Part shown: positions 1-10,506 of the stretch, piece by piece
Numbering within the stretch: the first letter of the stretch is position 1
How the letters are laid out: each line of letters starts with the position of its first letter
NCBI GenBank assembly: GCA_018985225.1
Contig: JADGIF010000061.1
Coordinates: forward strand, 1 to 25,098
DNA: 25,098 bases
Reading direction: 5' to 3'
Source of the DNA: Amoeboradix gromovi X-113
Lineage: Eukaryota > Fungi > Sanchytriomycota
Notes under the pieces: model-generated
Told to the model about the DNA's origin: nothing
What the model saw: only the letters and a program-made list of their open reading frames with translations
Database searches by the model: none
Position numbers and translations under genes: made by a program

Positions 1-80
1 GTGTAATTGCACTTGGATCGTGCCTCTCGTTTTGAGGGTGGTCTGCTCTCTTCATCAGCGGAATTGCGCTTTCTTTTCAT
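1..80 (-). CDS. Possible 5' end of a gene running off the window (MKRKRNSADEESRPPSKREARSKCNY...)
   Basis: ATG at 80 opens a frame to the window edge and has an NLS-like KRKR. Too short to identify. Confidence 0.35.
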   Translation of the reverse strand, partial: MKRKRNSADEESRPPSKREARSKCNY

Positions 81-249
81 GTTTTGTAAGGGCAATCCTC
101 TTCTTTCAACTCTGATTGAATTGTATTTGAAATCATAAAGTCAGTAGTTATCCTGCAATTCTAAAATAAAAGCTAGATGAAAGAGCAAGAGAATAGCTGT
201 ACAGAATATTTATTTTTGAAATTTGGATACATTTTGTTTTGTCTAGTTT

Positions 250-1266
250 TTACAGAGCATGTCCCATATCTTCAAAATAGTGGCACCTGCAATTCATTGC
301 AAACTGCACTATCTTAAGTCGTTCTTCGATCTCAAATAACCCTTTGCATCGCAGAACCAGACGAAGGCCATTAATAAGCCTAAATTGCACCCAATTACTT
401 TTCCACGTGTAGTAGCTACTCTCTACCTCCAAAACTACTTTCTTCTTGTTCAAAAAGCTTAACGTGATTTCTTTACTAAACTCATTTAATGACGCCGTAC
501 CTCTTATCCATTTTCCAATAATAGGTATTGTTGTTTTAGCTTTCGTAAGAAACAAAACATCTACTTTGATATCATTCTTATGTAACGAGAAATTCGATTG
601 TAGATTGTGTGTATTTGACTGCTTTGAGACACCAAGAGACTCAATACGCTCACCCTCAAATACTTCAGTGAATTTTTGTTGTTCTTCTTGGTTTTGCGCA
701 TCAAGGTTCGACGGTGGAGTTTCAATTTTATTTTCTAAATGAGGCGATTCCATGGAAAAGACAGGAATGACTTTTTCATAATCATTAAAGCTCTTTTTTT
801 CAATCAGCGTAGAAGTGCTATGAGGAATACGGGTAATTTCTGGCTGAAAGAATATAGATCTATCAATGGCTTTCCATTTCAACTTGCTCCACCTGTTTTT
901 AATTAAAAAGGGTATTTTTATGGCCATCATCCACTCTGAGATTGACAAAAAAATTGGGACTTGTCCATTGAACGGCTTGCTTGATAATACTTCATAAAAA
1001 TTAGTTGATCCTTCTACCAGCATATCGTGTGTTATGGAACCTTGAATAAAAAGATAATATAAAGAGATAAATGAAATGAGATCTACTCGGTATATTGTCA
1101 AATAGTGTGCTAGGTATGATATATTTTGGACGGGATCTTTTCCAGATATAAGTCCCACAAGTGATGAAATTATTTGATTGTTTAACTCCTCTATGTCTAT
1201 CTTTAGCATCTTTTCGCTAGAGCGAGATATATCAATATTTGATATGGTTCTGATGAATTTTTTCAT
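250..1266 (-). CDS. Hypothetical protein (~338 aa)
   Basis: Long ORF. The track's TTG start at 1308 lies inside a Fanzor end, so the first ATG at 1266 (MKKFIRT) is preferred. No family recognised. Confidence 0.65.
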   Translation of the reverse strand: MKKFIRTISNIDISRSSEKMLKIDIEELNNQIISSLVGLISGKDPVQNISYLAHYLTIYRVDLISFISLYYLFIQGSITHDMLVEGSTNFYEVLSSKPFNGQVPIFLSISEWMMAIKIPFLIKNRWSKLKWKAIDRSIFFQPEITRIPHSTSTLIEKKSFNDYEKVIPVFSMESPHLENKIETPPSNLDAQNQEEQQKFTEVFEGERIESLGVSKQSNTHNLQSNFSLHKNDIKVDVLFLTKAKTTIPIIGKWIRGTASLNEFSKEITLSFLNKKKVVLEVESSYYTWKSNWVQFRLINGLRLVLRCKGLFEIEERLKIVQFAMNCRCHYFEDMGHAL

Positions 1267-1273
1267 ATTTGGC

Positions 1274-1560
1274 CTCCTAATTAAAAGCCCTGATTTACAA
1301 AAAACCAAGAACTATCACAGGCAGAGCCGGTCAATCCACTTTAATGGAAGCGTGAGCAACGGCTGCACTGAAGCTTGAGTTAATAAAGATGCACGTTCTG
1401 GATTCTATCTACTGAAAAATTGGAGCTTGTACATGTAAGTTTTTATGTGTCCAAATTGCATTTATTCAAGCTGCACACCTTGTGCACGTTAGACGAGTAA
1501 GTACCTCTTTGCATTCCACCAACATCTTCCCCTTTCTTTGGAAGATGATTTTACCTTTCC
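1274..1560 (-). mobile_element. Fanzor2/TnpB relic A: decayed C-terminus plus 3' scaffold and end
   Basis: Minus strand 1540-1466 reads QRKGKMLVECKEVLTRLTCTRCAA*, then after a frameshift KLTCTSSNFSVDRIQN. This is homologous to 21090-21392. It ends TTCTTGGTTTTTTTGTAAATCAGGGCTTTTAATTAGGAG at 1274. Confidence 0.75.
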
Positions 1561-1879
1561 GCCATATCAGAATGTCACCTATATCGCCTGGTGACCTCTT
1601 AGCTCTGACTCTTCTGACTGAGATAATTTGGGACACTAGCTGTGTCAGAAACTAGAATTCTCACATATTCTGTTAGATGTTGTGGCGAAGATGAAATGCT
1701 GGAACTGTAAATTCATGCTATAACGATAACCGGTTTATTTAATTTGAGCTAATACTGCTTTTTTCTCGATGCGAATATCGAGAAGAATGGTGTAGTGTAG
1801 GTTGAATGCAACGCGAACATTATGTAGTTGCGCTTAATGCTCTTTATTATCGGTGCACTACTATGTATAAGGGCTTCTA

Positions 1880-1980
1880 ATAGTAGTGGAGATGTGGGAA
1901 CCACTGCAACGAAGTGAATGACTTTTCATTTCGCTGTAGAATTCTTGATTTATTAGAAAACCAGGACTTTTAACGAGGAG
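1880..1980 (+). ncRNA. Candidate Fanzor omega-RNA scaffold / right end, copy B
   Basis: Stems GTAGTGG/CCACTGC (1883-1907), CGAAGTGAA/TTCATTTCG (1910-1933) and TCTTG/CAGGA (1943-1966), then GGACTTTTAACGAGGAG. Collinear with 21300-21399. Only a faint coding remnant lies upstream. Confidence 0.65.
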
Positions 1981-2001
1981 TATTATAAGTCAATTTAATT
2001 T

Positions 2002-2403
2002 TTACTTGATGCTTAACCATTTTTTGTTTAGCTTTTTAGCAGTCTTTCCATTAGACCTTCTTCTACCACCATTAACTGGCAATCCATACTTGAACTTCAT
2101 TCCTCTTATGGTTTGCATCTGGACTTCTTTTATGATATTGCTTTGAACTTTTCTTTTAAGATCGCCTTCCAGTGTCAGATTAGATAAGTGATCCGAGATT
2201 TTGGTTATTTCTGACTCTGTGAGTTTTCCGAAAGTCAATTTTGGTGCTATTGTCAATTTTCCACAGATTTCTTTACCTTTAGCTTGACCTATTCCATATA
2301 TTTTGCTTAAACCGAAATATATGTAATCCGACTGAGGAATTGCGACTCCGAGTAATCGCACACTACTGACAGCTGCTGTGGCACTTTTTACATATTTCGA
2401 CAT
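2002..2403 (-). CDS. SWS2: Mitochondrial ribosomal protein uS13m (Sws2-like)
   Basis: S13 motifs VRLLGV, GLSKIYGIG, LEGDLKR and GLPVNGGRRRSNGKTAKK. Confidence 0.9.
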   Translation of the reverse strand: MSKYVKSATAAVSSVRLLGVAIPQSDYIYFGLSKIYGIGQAKGKEICGKLTIAPKLTFGKLTESEITKISDHLSNLTLEGDLKRKVQSNIIKEVQMQTIRGMKFKYGLPVNGGRRRSNGKTAKKLNKKWLSIK

Positions 2404-2411
2404 AATAATTT

Positions 2412-3725
2412 ATGTTTGATCCTTTTCAATTTTTGTACTTGCCAATTTATTTGTTTAACAAGACATGGTTTGTACCAGACGAACAATTTCAAAGTATAGG
2501 TCTAGCGCATAGATTGGTGTTTGGGTACGGAGAGCTAGTTTGGGAATACACCGATGCAATTAGAAGCGGAATGTGGTACGGAATATTTAACATTTATTTC
2601 GAAATACTTCATTACTTAGACTGGGATACAGTGTTTATGATAAACGATTTTCCTATTGTAGTTGTTTATTTGTTTATGGTGCTTACTCATAGTATTGTAA
2701 TCCCAAAATTTGGTAAATATTATTGGCTGGTTAGTTTTCACTGGATGCATTACTTTATGAGCACTAGAACCCTTGTTAATACTATCGAGTATATGCTCTA
2801 TTCTTTTGCAATACATTCCAGACACTTTTATTTTTTTGTAATTGTGGGTTGCATAATTCGTCCAACCATGGCGGTTTTCTTTATTCCGTTTTTCATCCGC
2901 TCTATATCTAAAAGCAAAAGAGAATTTTATGTCTGGATTAGTTATGCTGCTGTAGGTGTGTTTTTTTCCGTCTTGTCTGATTCAATATATTATGGAAGAC
3001 TAACAAGTTCAATTTGTAATTTTATAACTTTCAACATTGTAAAAGGCCATTCAGAGTACTATGGAGTTCACAGCCCATTCTGGTATTTTACTTCCGCAAT
3101 ACCTACGCTCTTGGGCCCTTCCCTCTTGTATTTTATTGTAGGAATAGCCTATTCATCCAAAAGTAAGTTGTTTGATATATTTATTCCGTTGATCCTTTTT
3201 AGCCTGCTAAAGCATAAGGAATTTAGATTCATATATCCTTTAATGGATCAGCTTTTATTAGTTTCCAAGCACGGTGCTGAAAGAATCAAAAACTTACATC
3301 TATCTAGACTTGTGATTTTTGTGAACTGTTCGCTTATACTGTTTTTTGGCTTTGTTCATCAACGTGGTATATATGATTCTATGAACTACTTGAGGACACT
3401 AGAAGTCCAGTCTCTGCTTATTTTAGCGCCTTGCTACTCGTTTCCAGGCATCTCTTATTTTCATTCCAACTTTAAAATCAAAACTCTTAGCTGTGATCCA
3501 CCTCACTACTTGAATGGACTATCAGAGCAAGATGTATTCTATAGCAACCCTCAAGCAGAATCATATAACATGATATCCAAGTATACCCCCACTCATTTGT
3601 TAAAATTTAGTAGTTTGAACATTGAAATAAACGGATATCATCTAGACAAGTCCTTTTTTAATAGCATATTTCACGACGATAATAGAAGAGTGGGGCTGGT
3701 AGAATTATGGGTTAAAAGTAAATAA
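2412..3725 (+). CDS. GPI10: GPI mannosyltransferase 3 (PIG-B/Gpi10, glycosyltransferase family 22)
   Basis: PDEQFQS...AHRLVFGYGELVWEY, IRPT, HSPFWYF, HKEFRFIYP, VHQRG; multiple hydrophobic segments. Confidence 0.85.
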   Translation: MFDPFQFLYLPIYLFNKTWFVPDEQFQSIGLAHRLVFGYGELVWEYTDAIRSGMWYGIFNIYFEILHYLDWDTVFMINDFPIVVVYLFMVLTHSIVIPKFGKYYWLVSFHWMHYFMSTRTLVNTIEYMLYSFAIHSRHFYFFVIVGCIIRPTMAVFFIPFFIRSISKSKREFYVWISYAAVGVFFSVLSDSIYYGRLTSSICNFITFNIVKGHSEYYGVHSPFWYFTSAIPTLLGPSLLYFIVGIAYSSKSKLFDIFIPLILFSLLKHKEFRFIYPLMDQLLLVSKHGAERIKNLHLSRLVIFVNCSLILFFGFVHQRGIYDSMNYLRTLEVQSLLILAPCYSFPGISYFHSNFKIKTLSCDPPHYLNGLSEQDVFYSNPQAESYNMISKYTPTHLLKFSSLNIEINGYHLDKSFFNSIFHDDNRRVGLVELWVKSK

Positions 3726-3726
3726 T

Positions 3727-5058
3727 TTATTCTGTGATCAATTGAGCTATTACCTTGCCTTTAATTGTTCCGACTACCATACCAGTAGCTCGTTGCAGTT
3801 CCAACGGATGTAAGCTATCGTCAATGTGAATTAATATTTGATTATAATCTTCTGTACATGTTCGTAACTGCAGATCCAATAACTTAGCACTGACATAATT
3901 GATCTCGTCAACTGATAAGTCTATTTCCTTGTGCTGTAGGAAACACGAGTTCAAAAGCTTGTATTCCTTTGTTTCACTGATATCGTTGTAGAATGAATGC
4001 AAGTCTTCTATATGACTGTTTTTTAGTTTCGTTAATGGGAAGCTAAGTAGTCTGATTCTTATTAGCAAATCTTCACTTTTTTTTAACGCTAGTAATATGA
4101 ATTGGTTCAGCATATCCAACTGCTCTGCTTTTAATGCATTCCATGAGCTTCCACAATAGACTAGTATAGATATCCAATTTAGCAAATCATGAGTTGAATC
4201 AACATTGTCAAGCACAGATAATCCGGCCTCCAGTAGTGAAGCATACAGCTGTATTAGATCAATGGCAATAAATTTGTCACATGGAACAGACTTGGAAATT
4301 AAAGAAAGCAATTCATTCAGACTATCCTCACTGGATAACAAATCACTGCATAACATTTTAAGCAAAACAAGTATTTGATAATGAGTGACTGACTTAGATA
4401 GTGAAAGTGCTGTGAGTTGCTGCTCAGCATCCCATGAGTTGTCAAGTAGAACATTGTCCAGGACCAGCGGGTAGCTGTTATTCCTATTAAAACCAATCCA
4501 TTCCAGTAAATACTTTTTTTTCCATTCATAACACTCACTTTTCAGTAACCACTGCAGGATTATGGCACGCTTGTCATGTACAACAATATTTACCTCATTT
4601 GTATGTGATTGAGCCCAAAAAACTAAACATTCTACGCAGTACAACTGATTAATTGGATGAAACCCATCAAATTGAATCATTTGGTCAATAAAACAATACA
4701 TATGCCATAAAGAGATATGGGGATTATATGCTATTGGCATTCTATTTAAATCCATCATGATACCAAGTACAACTGGGATTAACTCTATATCACAAGGTGT
4801 TTCTAGTTTATACCAGTATGATATTGCTTCCTGTGCTGGTTTTGCGTTAGTTTTTGCGAACTGCAAATACTCCATTGTCGGGTAATTGTGCATGTACCAT
4901 GTGGTATGATATTTAAGGTTTCTACTCCTGCTAAACAGCATGCACTGTAGAGATACAGGCTTATTAGGTATGTTGTCAATCGAAACTCCTTGGCTTTCTA
5001 AGAATTCAATCATTTTTTCATCAATTAGTTTTGATGGAAGCAAATCAAGCTGAAACAT
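3727..5058 (-). CDS. Hypothetical Leu-rich alpha-helical protein (~443 aa)
   Basis: Long ORF. First ATG is at 5058 (MFQLDLLPSK); the track start at 5076 is GTG. Tail-to-tail with GPI10, 1 bp apart. Confidence 0.7.
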   Translation of the reverse strand: MFQLDLLPSKLIDEKMIEFLESQGVSIDNIPNKPVSLQCMLFSRSRNLKYHTTWYMHNYPTMEYLQFAKTNAKPAQEAISYWYKLETPCDIELIPVVLGIMMDLNRMPIAYNPHISLWHMYCFIDQMIQFDGFHPINQLYCVECLVFWAQSHTNEVNIVVHDKRAIILQWLLKSECYEWKKKYLLEWIGFNRNNSYPLVLDNVLLDNSWDAEQQLTALSLSKSVTHYQILVLLKMLCSDLLSSEDSLNELLSLISKSVPCDKFIAIDLIQLYASLLEAGLSVLDNVDSTHDLLNWISILVYCGSSWNALKAEQLDMLNQFILLALKKSEDLLIRIRLLSFPLTKLKNSHIEDLHSFYNDISETKEYKLLNSCFLQHKEIDLSVDEINYVSAKLLDLQLRTCTEDYNQILIHIDDSLHPLELQRATGMVVGTIKGKVIAQLITE

Positions 5059-5079
5059 TAACGACACGTCGGACACAAT

Positions 5080-5600
5080 CCGAGAATAGATCCAACTGCA
5101 ATTTCTGGTGACTCCGTCGCTCTCGTAACCATATGTGAACCTCTGATGGTTTCATTAATTGGCAATCGACTGAATCTGAGTGGAACATACAAGCAAATGA
5201 GACAGACTTTGAGAAAAGGGCAATAAAATTAGCCAGAAGACCCACACTCGATGTTGTTTCTAAATCCTTTCAGTTTTTTGCCTCTGGGACATTCATTGTT
5301 ATGCCCGATGCAAATAAAAGCAAATTACTTACTGAGATTACAATTGTTATACATTCTATAGGATGATGTAACATTTTAGCGCAAAGCGTGACAAGACAGC
5401 TCGCTATTTTAAGATATTGGAAAGCTCAAGCTTCTCTACCATTAATATTAAACAACAATCAAAGTCTGCATATCACTAAAAATGGCCTTGGACATTCACC
5501 AGTTCAGAGTTAGCATGATAGCGAACGGTATAAGCAGTTAAACAAAGTTCTTGATCGAAACAATAGAGCTGCGATCAAAATGAAAATGTAAGCAAAGAGT
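5080..5600 (+). pseudogene. Decayed Fanzor1-like ORF
   Basis: RIDP (RuvC-I-like, ~5085), then a frame from 5139 with internal stops: ...EITIVIHSIG*CNILAQSVTRQLAILRYWKAQASL...GLGHSPVQS*...KVLDRNNRAAIKM. By eye this aligns with EYLVVVH...KKLRFRRYQIEQKIM...TLDRDVNAVYNV at 24567-25098. Confidence 0.55.
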
Positions 5601-5647
5601 TATTAAAACCGGAAATGACAATAGAGTGCCCGAACATGCTGTTCATT

Positions 5648-5709
5648 TGAGACTATATGGAATTGAGAATGCCAAAGTGTAGCTGGCTAATTCTCCAAAT
5701 ACTATCTCA
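5648..5709 (+). ncRNA. Imperfect long hairpin after the Fanzor1 relic (candidate omega-RNA remnant)
   Basis: Nested pairs TGAGA/TCTCA, GAGAAT/ATTCTC and GCCA/TGGC. Confidence 0.35.
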
Positions 5710-5736
5710 TGTCATTTTATATAATTAAAAGAATAT

Positions 5737-6678
5737 TTATTTTATCTCCTTGTTGTAAATTCTTTCGTAAGCCTCACTAAATGTAAGTTTATTTTGCAGA
5801 AAATCGCAATAAATTAATTGATTCCATCGTGATGTAGCGTAGCAAGGTATAGCCAGTTTATCAGATATAAATGTTTGAACATTTTCTGCATAAAACACAG
5901 GGTCGGACTTCTCGTGATCATCTGGATAATATAAAGGGTATATAGTTACAGTACAGGAGTGATAAAATTCTGTCAAAATGCGAAAGAGCCATGACTTCCA
6001 CTCCAAACTATCAAAAGCAGGTGAAAAATAATTATAAGGATAACTAAAAGTCATAGGCAGTACTGCGACACCGGGAACAAATGCACCAGTTTTGAAAGAA
6101 ATAACAAAATAGCCGTTTGTTGTGGTAGCTTCAGGAAAAACAGCAACTGGAGGACCAGGATTATTTAATGATTTGGACAACGACTTAGACACACCGTTAC
6201 TCTCACCATTAGTATATAAGCAATTTAATTGATTTGCTACTCTACCAAAGAACGGTATTTTAGAAATCTGAGACCTTCCGATAAACGATGGTACTTCGTC
6301 ATGTACCGCAACAATTATCAGAAAATCAAATAAACTAACATGGTTTGATATAATTAGTCTACTAGTCTCTTTACCATTTCTCTTGTCCAATATGTTCAAT
6401 TTGTAAAAGCCACAAATAAATAACAAAAACCTGGCGCTCCATTTGCATGTTTTCGTAAATAGTACATGAGACCACGAATTGTACTTCATTGGCAGAAAGG
6501 ATAACAAATAAGGTGGTATAACACCGATAGGGCACAATAATAACCGAATTGGCAGTAGTCCTACACTTCCTATAAATATTTTCACTTTTTTGACTAGTCC
6601 AATACCCTCGGGGGACCTGTAGAATGGTAGTACATGCAGCGAGCTTGCTATTTCTCTTGAGTTTTTATTTCCCTCCAT
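5737..6678 (-). CDS. Lysophospholipid acyltransferase (LPCAT/LPEAT-like, PlsC family)
   Basis: HX4D motif NHVSLFD, FPEATTTN, FKTGAFVPG and N-terminal TM segments. Confidence 0.9.
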   Translation of the reverse strand: MEGNKNSREIASSLHVLPFYRSPEGIGLVKKVKIFIGSVGLLPIRLLLCPIGVIPPYLLSFLPMKYNSWSHVLFTKTCKWSARFLLFICGFYKLNILDKRNGKETSRLIISNHVSLFDFLIIVAVHDEVPSFIGRSQISKIPFFGRVANQLNCLYTNGESNGVSKSLSKSLNNPGPPVAVFPEATTTNGYFVISFKTGAFVPGVAVLPMTFSYPYNYFSPAFDSLEWKSWLFRILTEFYHSCTVTIYPLYYPDDHEKSDPVFYAENVQTFISDKLAIPCYATSRWNQLIYCDFLQNKLTFSEAYERIYNKEIK

Positions 6679-6717
6679 TGAAATTAAAATGTTTCAAATA
6701 TTAAATGAAGTCGAAAT

Positions 6718-9047
6718 TTAATTCTGATTTATTAGATACTCTAACAGCACTCTCTGAGCCAAATTCATTTCTCTTAATATCTCTGCTGCCATTCTATATT
6801 AGATGTTATGTACGACTTCTCTATTTCATTATTTGTTTGATTAAACCATCTTAGTGTATCTAGCAGCTTTTCATCAGCACTCTTCTGTGTGCTTGTATTA
6901 GACCCTTCATAAGGTCCAAAGCTTACTCTTTTAGTTTTGCTCTTTACTAGTGGAGAATCCATGATAAATAAATCCACATGGTTCGGTGAATAACTACCTT
7001 CATCTCCATTCATTTTAACCTTCTTGGTACTTGGTGTATTCCCATTAGTGCTCCTCTTCCTAATCGATTGCTGCGTCGAATTTTTATTGAATATTTGACA
7101 ATGCGACTCCTTAAAACCTGTCATGGTTAATAAATCGTATATTGTGGGATACAAATTAGCATTTATCTTCAAATATTCCACCAGTTCATCATTTGTGTTA
7201 TAGTGCTTTAGTATAGATTGCAGCATGGAATCATCTGGTGTAACGAACACACAATAACTTATAAATTTTAAAATAATAGATTTTTCGGTCTCGTTCAAAG
7301 TCAGAGTAGTTGACAAGGTCCCAGCAAATCCCAGTATATCTGTGAGTGTCTCATTTTTGTTTGATTTGTTCAATAGACTTAAGTCCTGTTGAAACACAAA
7401 ATTGTTTAAATGTTTAAAATATTCAAATGTAGATGACCTTATGTTTACATTTGGCTTGGAAACTACGAATGGATTAAGTACATCTTCCTCTATCAGCAGT
7501 GAGCTCATTAGATGTATTTTAATTAGATATGCAAAACAACTCAGCGAAAACCATGACAGGTGAAGTCTCAAATTTTCAATGAATATTATGACTTGCCCCT
7601 CCCATTTAGAAGGCATAATCGATCTTTGTTTAATACTAGATATCAGTTTAGTCCATCCTTCCACCAGGCTCTTCAAGTACGGCGGTTGATTATTAGGAAT
7701 GCCAACGCTTGCCTGATTAACATGCATTATGGGGAACTTTGTAATTTCTATAATATTGTCATGGCTACTGAAGGAATCGGACAAAGACTTTTCATCCAAG
7801 TAGTTAGTGACTCTGATAGCAATAATGTTCCATATCATTAAACCATTAAGAGCATTGTTGGACGAAGAGTCGTTCATTGTATTAGAGTGCAGTACTTGAG
7901 CTAACGCTCTGTAATTGTCCAGAGCAAATAAATTGGATTTAGCAGAAGAAATACAGGCATCAAACAAGTTCTTGGATTCGGTAGAAAATCGAGAAAACAT
8001 GAGATCAGATTTTTCTAATAGCAGTGCGAAGATACACACTACTGGGGTAATCGTTATATTGGCTAGCTTTGCATCATTAAACAAATTGATTTTTTCTTTG
8101 TTTTTAGCAGATAGTCGAAACTTTTGAGAAGCCAATATAGAGGAGTCCATTGCTAGTAGAAACACTTTGTAAAATGACGTTCTTAATACCATGTCAGTAA
8201 TACCGCCATGGCCAGAACTAATACTCAGAAATAGATTATAGATCATTTCGATGATGTTCGGACTAGGATGAATCAATTTAGAAGCCCTGCTCGATAAGAA
8301 TAGAGCCATAGCATGATAAGCATCAAAGTAACTTCTGCTGATGCTTTTAGGGTTTACAATGCTGTTTATGTCCTCTGGTTTTATTTCAGATACATCGGAC
8401 AGACTGTCAAAAAATATCTTGGATAACTGAGGAAACTTTGATTCTAAAAATTCTTGATTTAAGGATGGAAATCTACCCAAAACAGAAGAATGTTCTGTTG
8501 ATGGATTGAAAACCTGAGATAAGGATTCATCATCACTTTCCCGATATGTATTTCCTCTTAAAATAGCAGTTAAGCAAAAAGGAACGTGTTTGGGTGAATA
8601 GTTCAACACATTCTTTAAAAATGAGACTACCACTTTATCCCAGTAATCTTCTAAATCAGGAATAACTACGCATAATCTTACCCATGCGGCAATTATATGG
8701 GTTATGCACTTTTTAATTCCTGCCACAAAGGGAATTTGACAAAGTTCAATCTTTTTATGTGTAAGTAATTTTTCTTTTGACAGCGCCAACATAAACATCG
8801 ACCAAGACTGCAATGCGATATTTATATTCTCACACTTCTTATCGTTAAATACATTCTGAATTTCTTTTAAGTTGCTGTTCAATATCATCTTATCGTGTAC
8901 TACTTTTTTGCGGTTTAGATATACATTCAATCCCCAAAGCTTTACCTTTTCTGCAGAAGTAGACGCTATAATTTTATCGAGCTTAGCGTTATCTTTATAA
9001 ACTGCATCCCAGTTCAGCCAAATTTCCTCAAGCGCATTTGCAGCCAT
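6718..9047 (-). CDS. Probable Rif1 (HEAT-repeat PP1-targeting telomere/replication protein); exons 9047-6814 and 6793-6718
   Basis: Helical N-terminus resembling Rif1_N (IALQSWSMFMLAL...KIELCQIPF), with SILK and KRVSF PP1-docking motifs. First ATG at 9047. Removing a 20-nt intron gives the C-terminus SMAAEILREMNLAQRVLLEYLINQN*. Family assigned from motif recall only. Confidence 0.55.
6794..6813 (-). other. Predicted 20-nt spliceosomal intron GTACATAACATCTAATATAG
   Basis: GT...CTAAT-ATAG, the same layout as the other two micro-introns. Confidence 0.6.
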
Positions 9048-9074
9048 ATCCCCTGTTACAATTTTCAATTTTAA

Positions 9075-10492
9075 ATGTCATCGCCAAAAAGGCTGCAAAC
9101 TCCAAATTTAAATTACTCTTATATACAAACCCAAGAAAATGTAGATTTAGATGATCTAGAACTAATGAACAACTTAGAGTCTAATAGCGACGAGTCCCTG
9201 ACAGAGCAAAAATTGAATACTATCAAATCAAAGTCAAAAAGAGTAGTGTCCAGTTCACCCTCTTATGCAAAAGTACCCAGCTCACCATTTCACTCACGCA
9301 ATACCAAGTCAGTACAAAAACCAAAGGCTGATGCTACAATGGAGCTTGGGCAGTCTGCCGAGCTAAGTTCAGAGGCAATCTTGGATTCTCAAATCGAGAG
9401 CGACAAAATGGAATATGTAGGTTTCAGTCGGTATATCTCATATTTTGTTGATGTGTTTAAAGACCAATATCGAGGCTGTTTCCTAAGTTGGTATAACTTC
9501 TTAAAACTAAATCCTGATTCGCTTCTACAAGTTCTCTCAAAATTGCCTTATCTTGCTGGTTCCTCTAGTCCTAGGCTCAATAATAAATGGGCTCATATTT
9601 GGCACCTCGTTCGTTGCAAACTCCCATTTGAATTCCAGGAACTGGCCCAGGAATACCCATGTTTGATTGAGCGGATTTGTGAAGTAGTTGCTGATAAAAC
9701 GGACTTCAAAACTTTTAAAAGTCATATCAATAGCGTAAAGAGGGAAATCGAAAAATTATTTGTTGTAAGTGTCAAGAAATTGTCTCATATTGAAGGTTCG
9801 GCGATTGACTTACGTATATTTACATACATGTGTTTAGACTCTTCCATATTTAACCTTCTTGTTGATAAATATGTGGACTTTAAAGAGTCGGAGCATCTAC
9901 CAGTCCAAGAGTTACACTCAAATTATTCGCAACAACATGGGTATCCGTCAAGAAAAGAAAGTTCTCCAGTATTTGCATCTGCTCCTAAAAGTTCTGCCAC
10001 GCCGAATTCTAGGAACACATCGAAGTCACCTACACTTAATAATTTTGATGAGTCAATTGATATTGAGGATAGAAAGTTGGTTGTGCCTCAAGCCTCTAGT
10101 ACACCTAGAAACAATGTTAATTACTCTGCTACCGTTTCTCGCACTGTTGATGAATTCAATTCGAAGACCATCTCTCAGACTGTAAATTCATTGGAAGTTC
10201 AATTTCCTAGTCTCAGTGTTGACGAAATAATGGATTTGTTCTACATCTGTAACTACAACGAACAAAGATTCTTGAAATACATGGATGAAAAACAATCAAG
10301 TAATTTGCTGCTAATATAGACCAGCCCATATCAGTTCTTACATGGGATCCAGAAGATGATTATACTTTAACTAGTGTTAACAGCACCCTCGAAGATTTAA
10401 CTGAGTTAAAACAAAGGAAGGGATTGGATGAATGCAAAAGTAGGATTAGAAATCTGTCTTATACACGACTATCAGAGATGCACTTCATTTAA
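9075..10492 (+). CDS. Probable Rap1/TERF2IP-like telomere protein; exons 9075-10299 and 10320-10492
   Basis: After splicing, the C-terminus reads WDPEDDYTL...LTELKQRKGLDECKSRIRNL, fitting the Rap1 RCT pattern W..EDD..L...L...K.G......R...L. Confidence 0.6.
10300..10319 (+). other. Predicted 20-nt spliceosomal intron GTAATTTGCTGCTAATATAG
   Basis: GT-AG with a CTAAT branch motif. Removal restores a frame to TAA at 10490-10492. Confidence 0.8.
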
Positions 10493-10506
10493 TAAATTTT
10501 GTTTAT

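Noticed and set aside
1395-1440. Apparent plus-strand continuation of the scaffold (TTCTGGATT...TTGGAGCTTG)
   Set aside because: Better explained as the reverse complement of relic A's coding remnant. The true end is on the minus strand at 1274-1312.
5708-5715. TCATGTCA shared with 24559-24566
   Set aside because: Only 8 bp, and in opposite orientation relative to the two elements, so likely chance.
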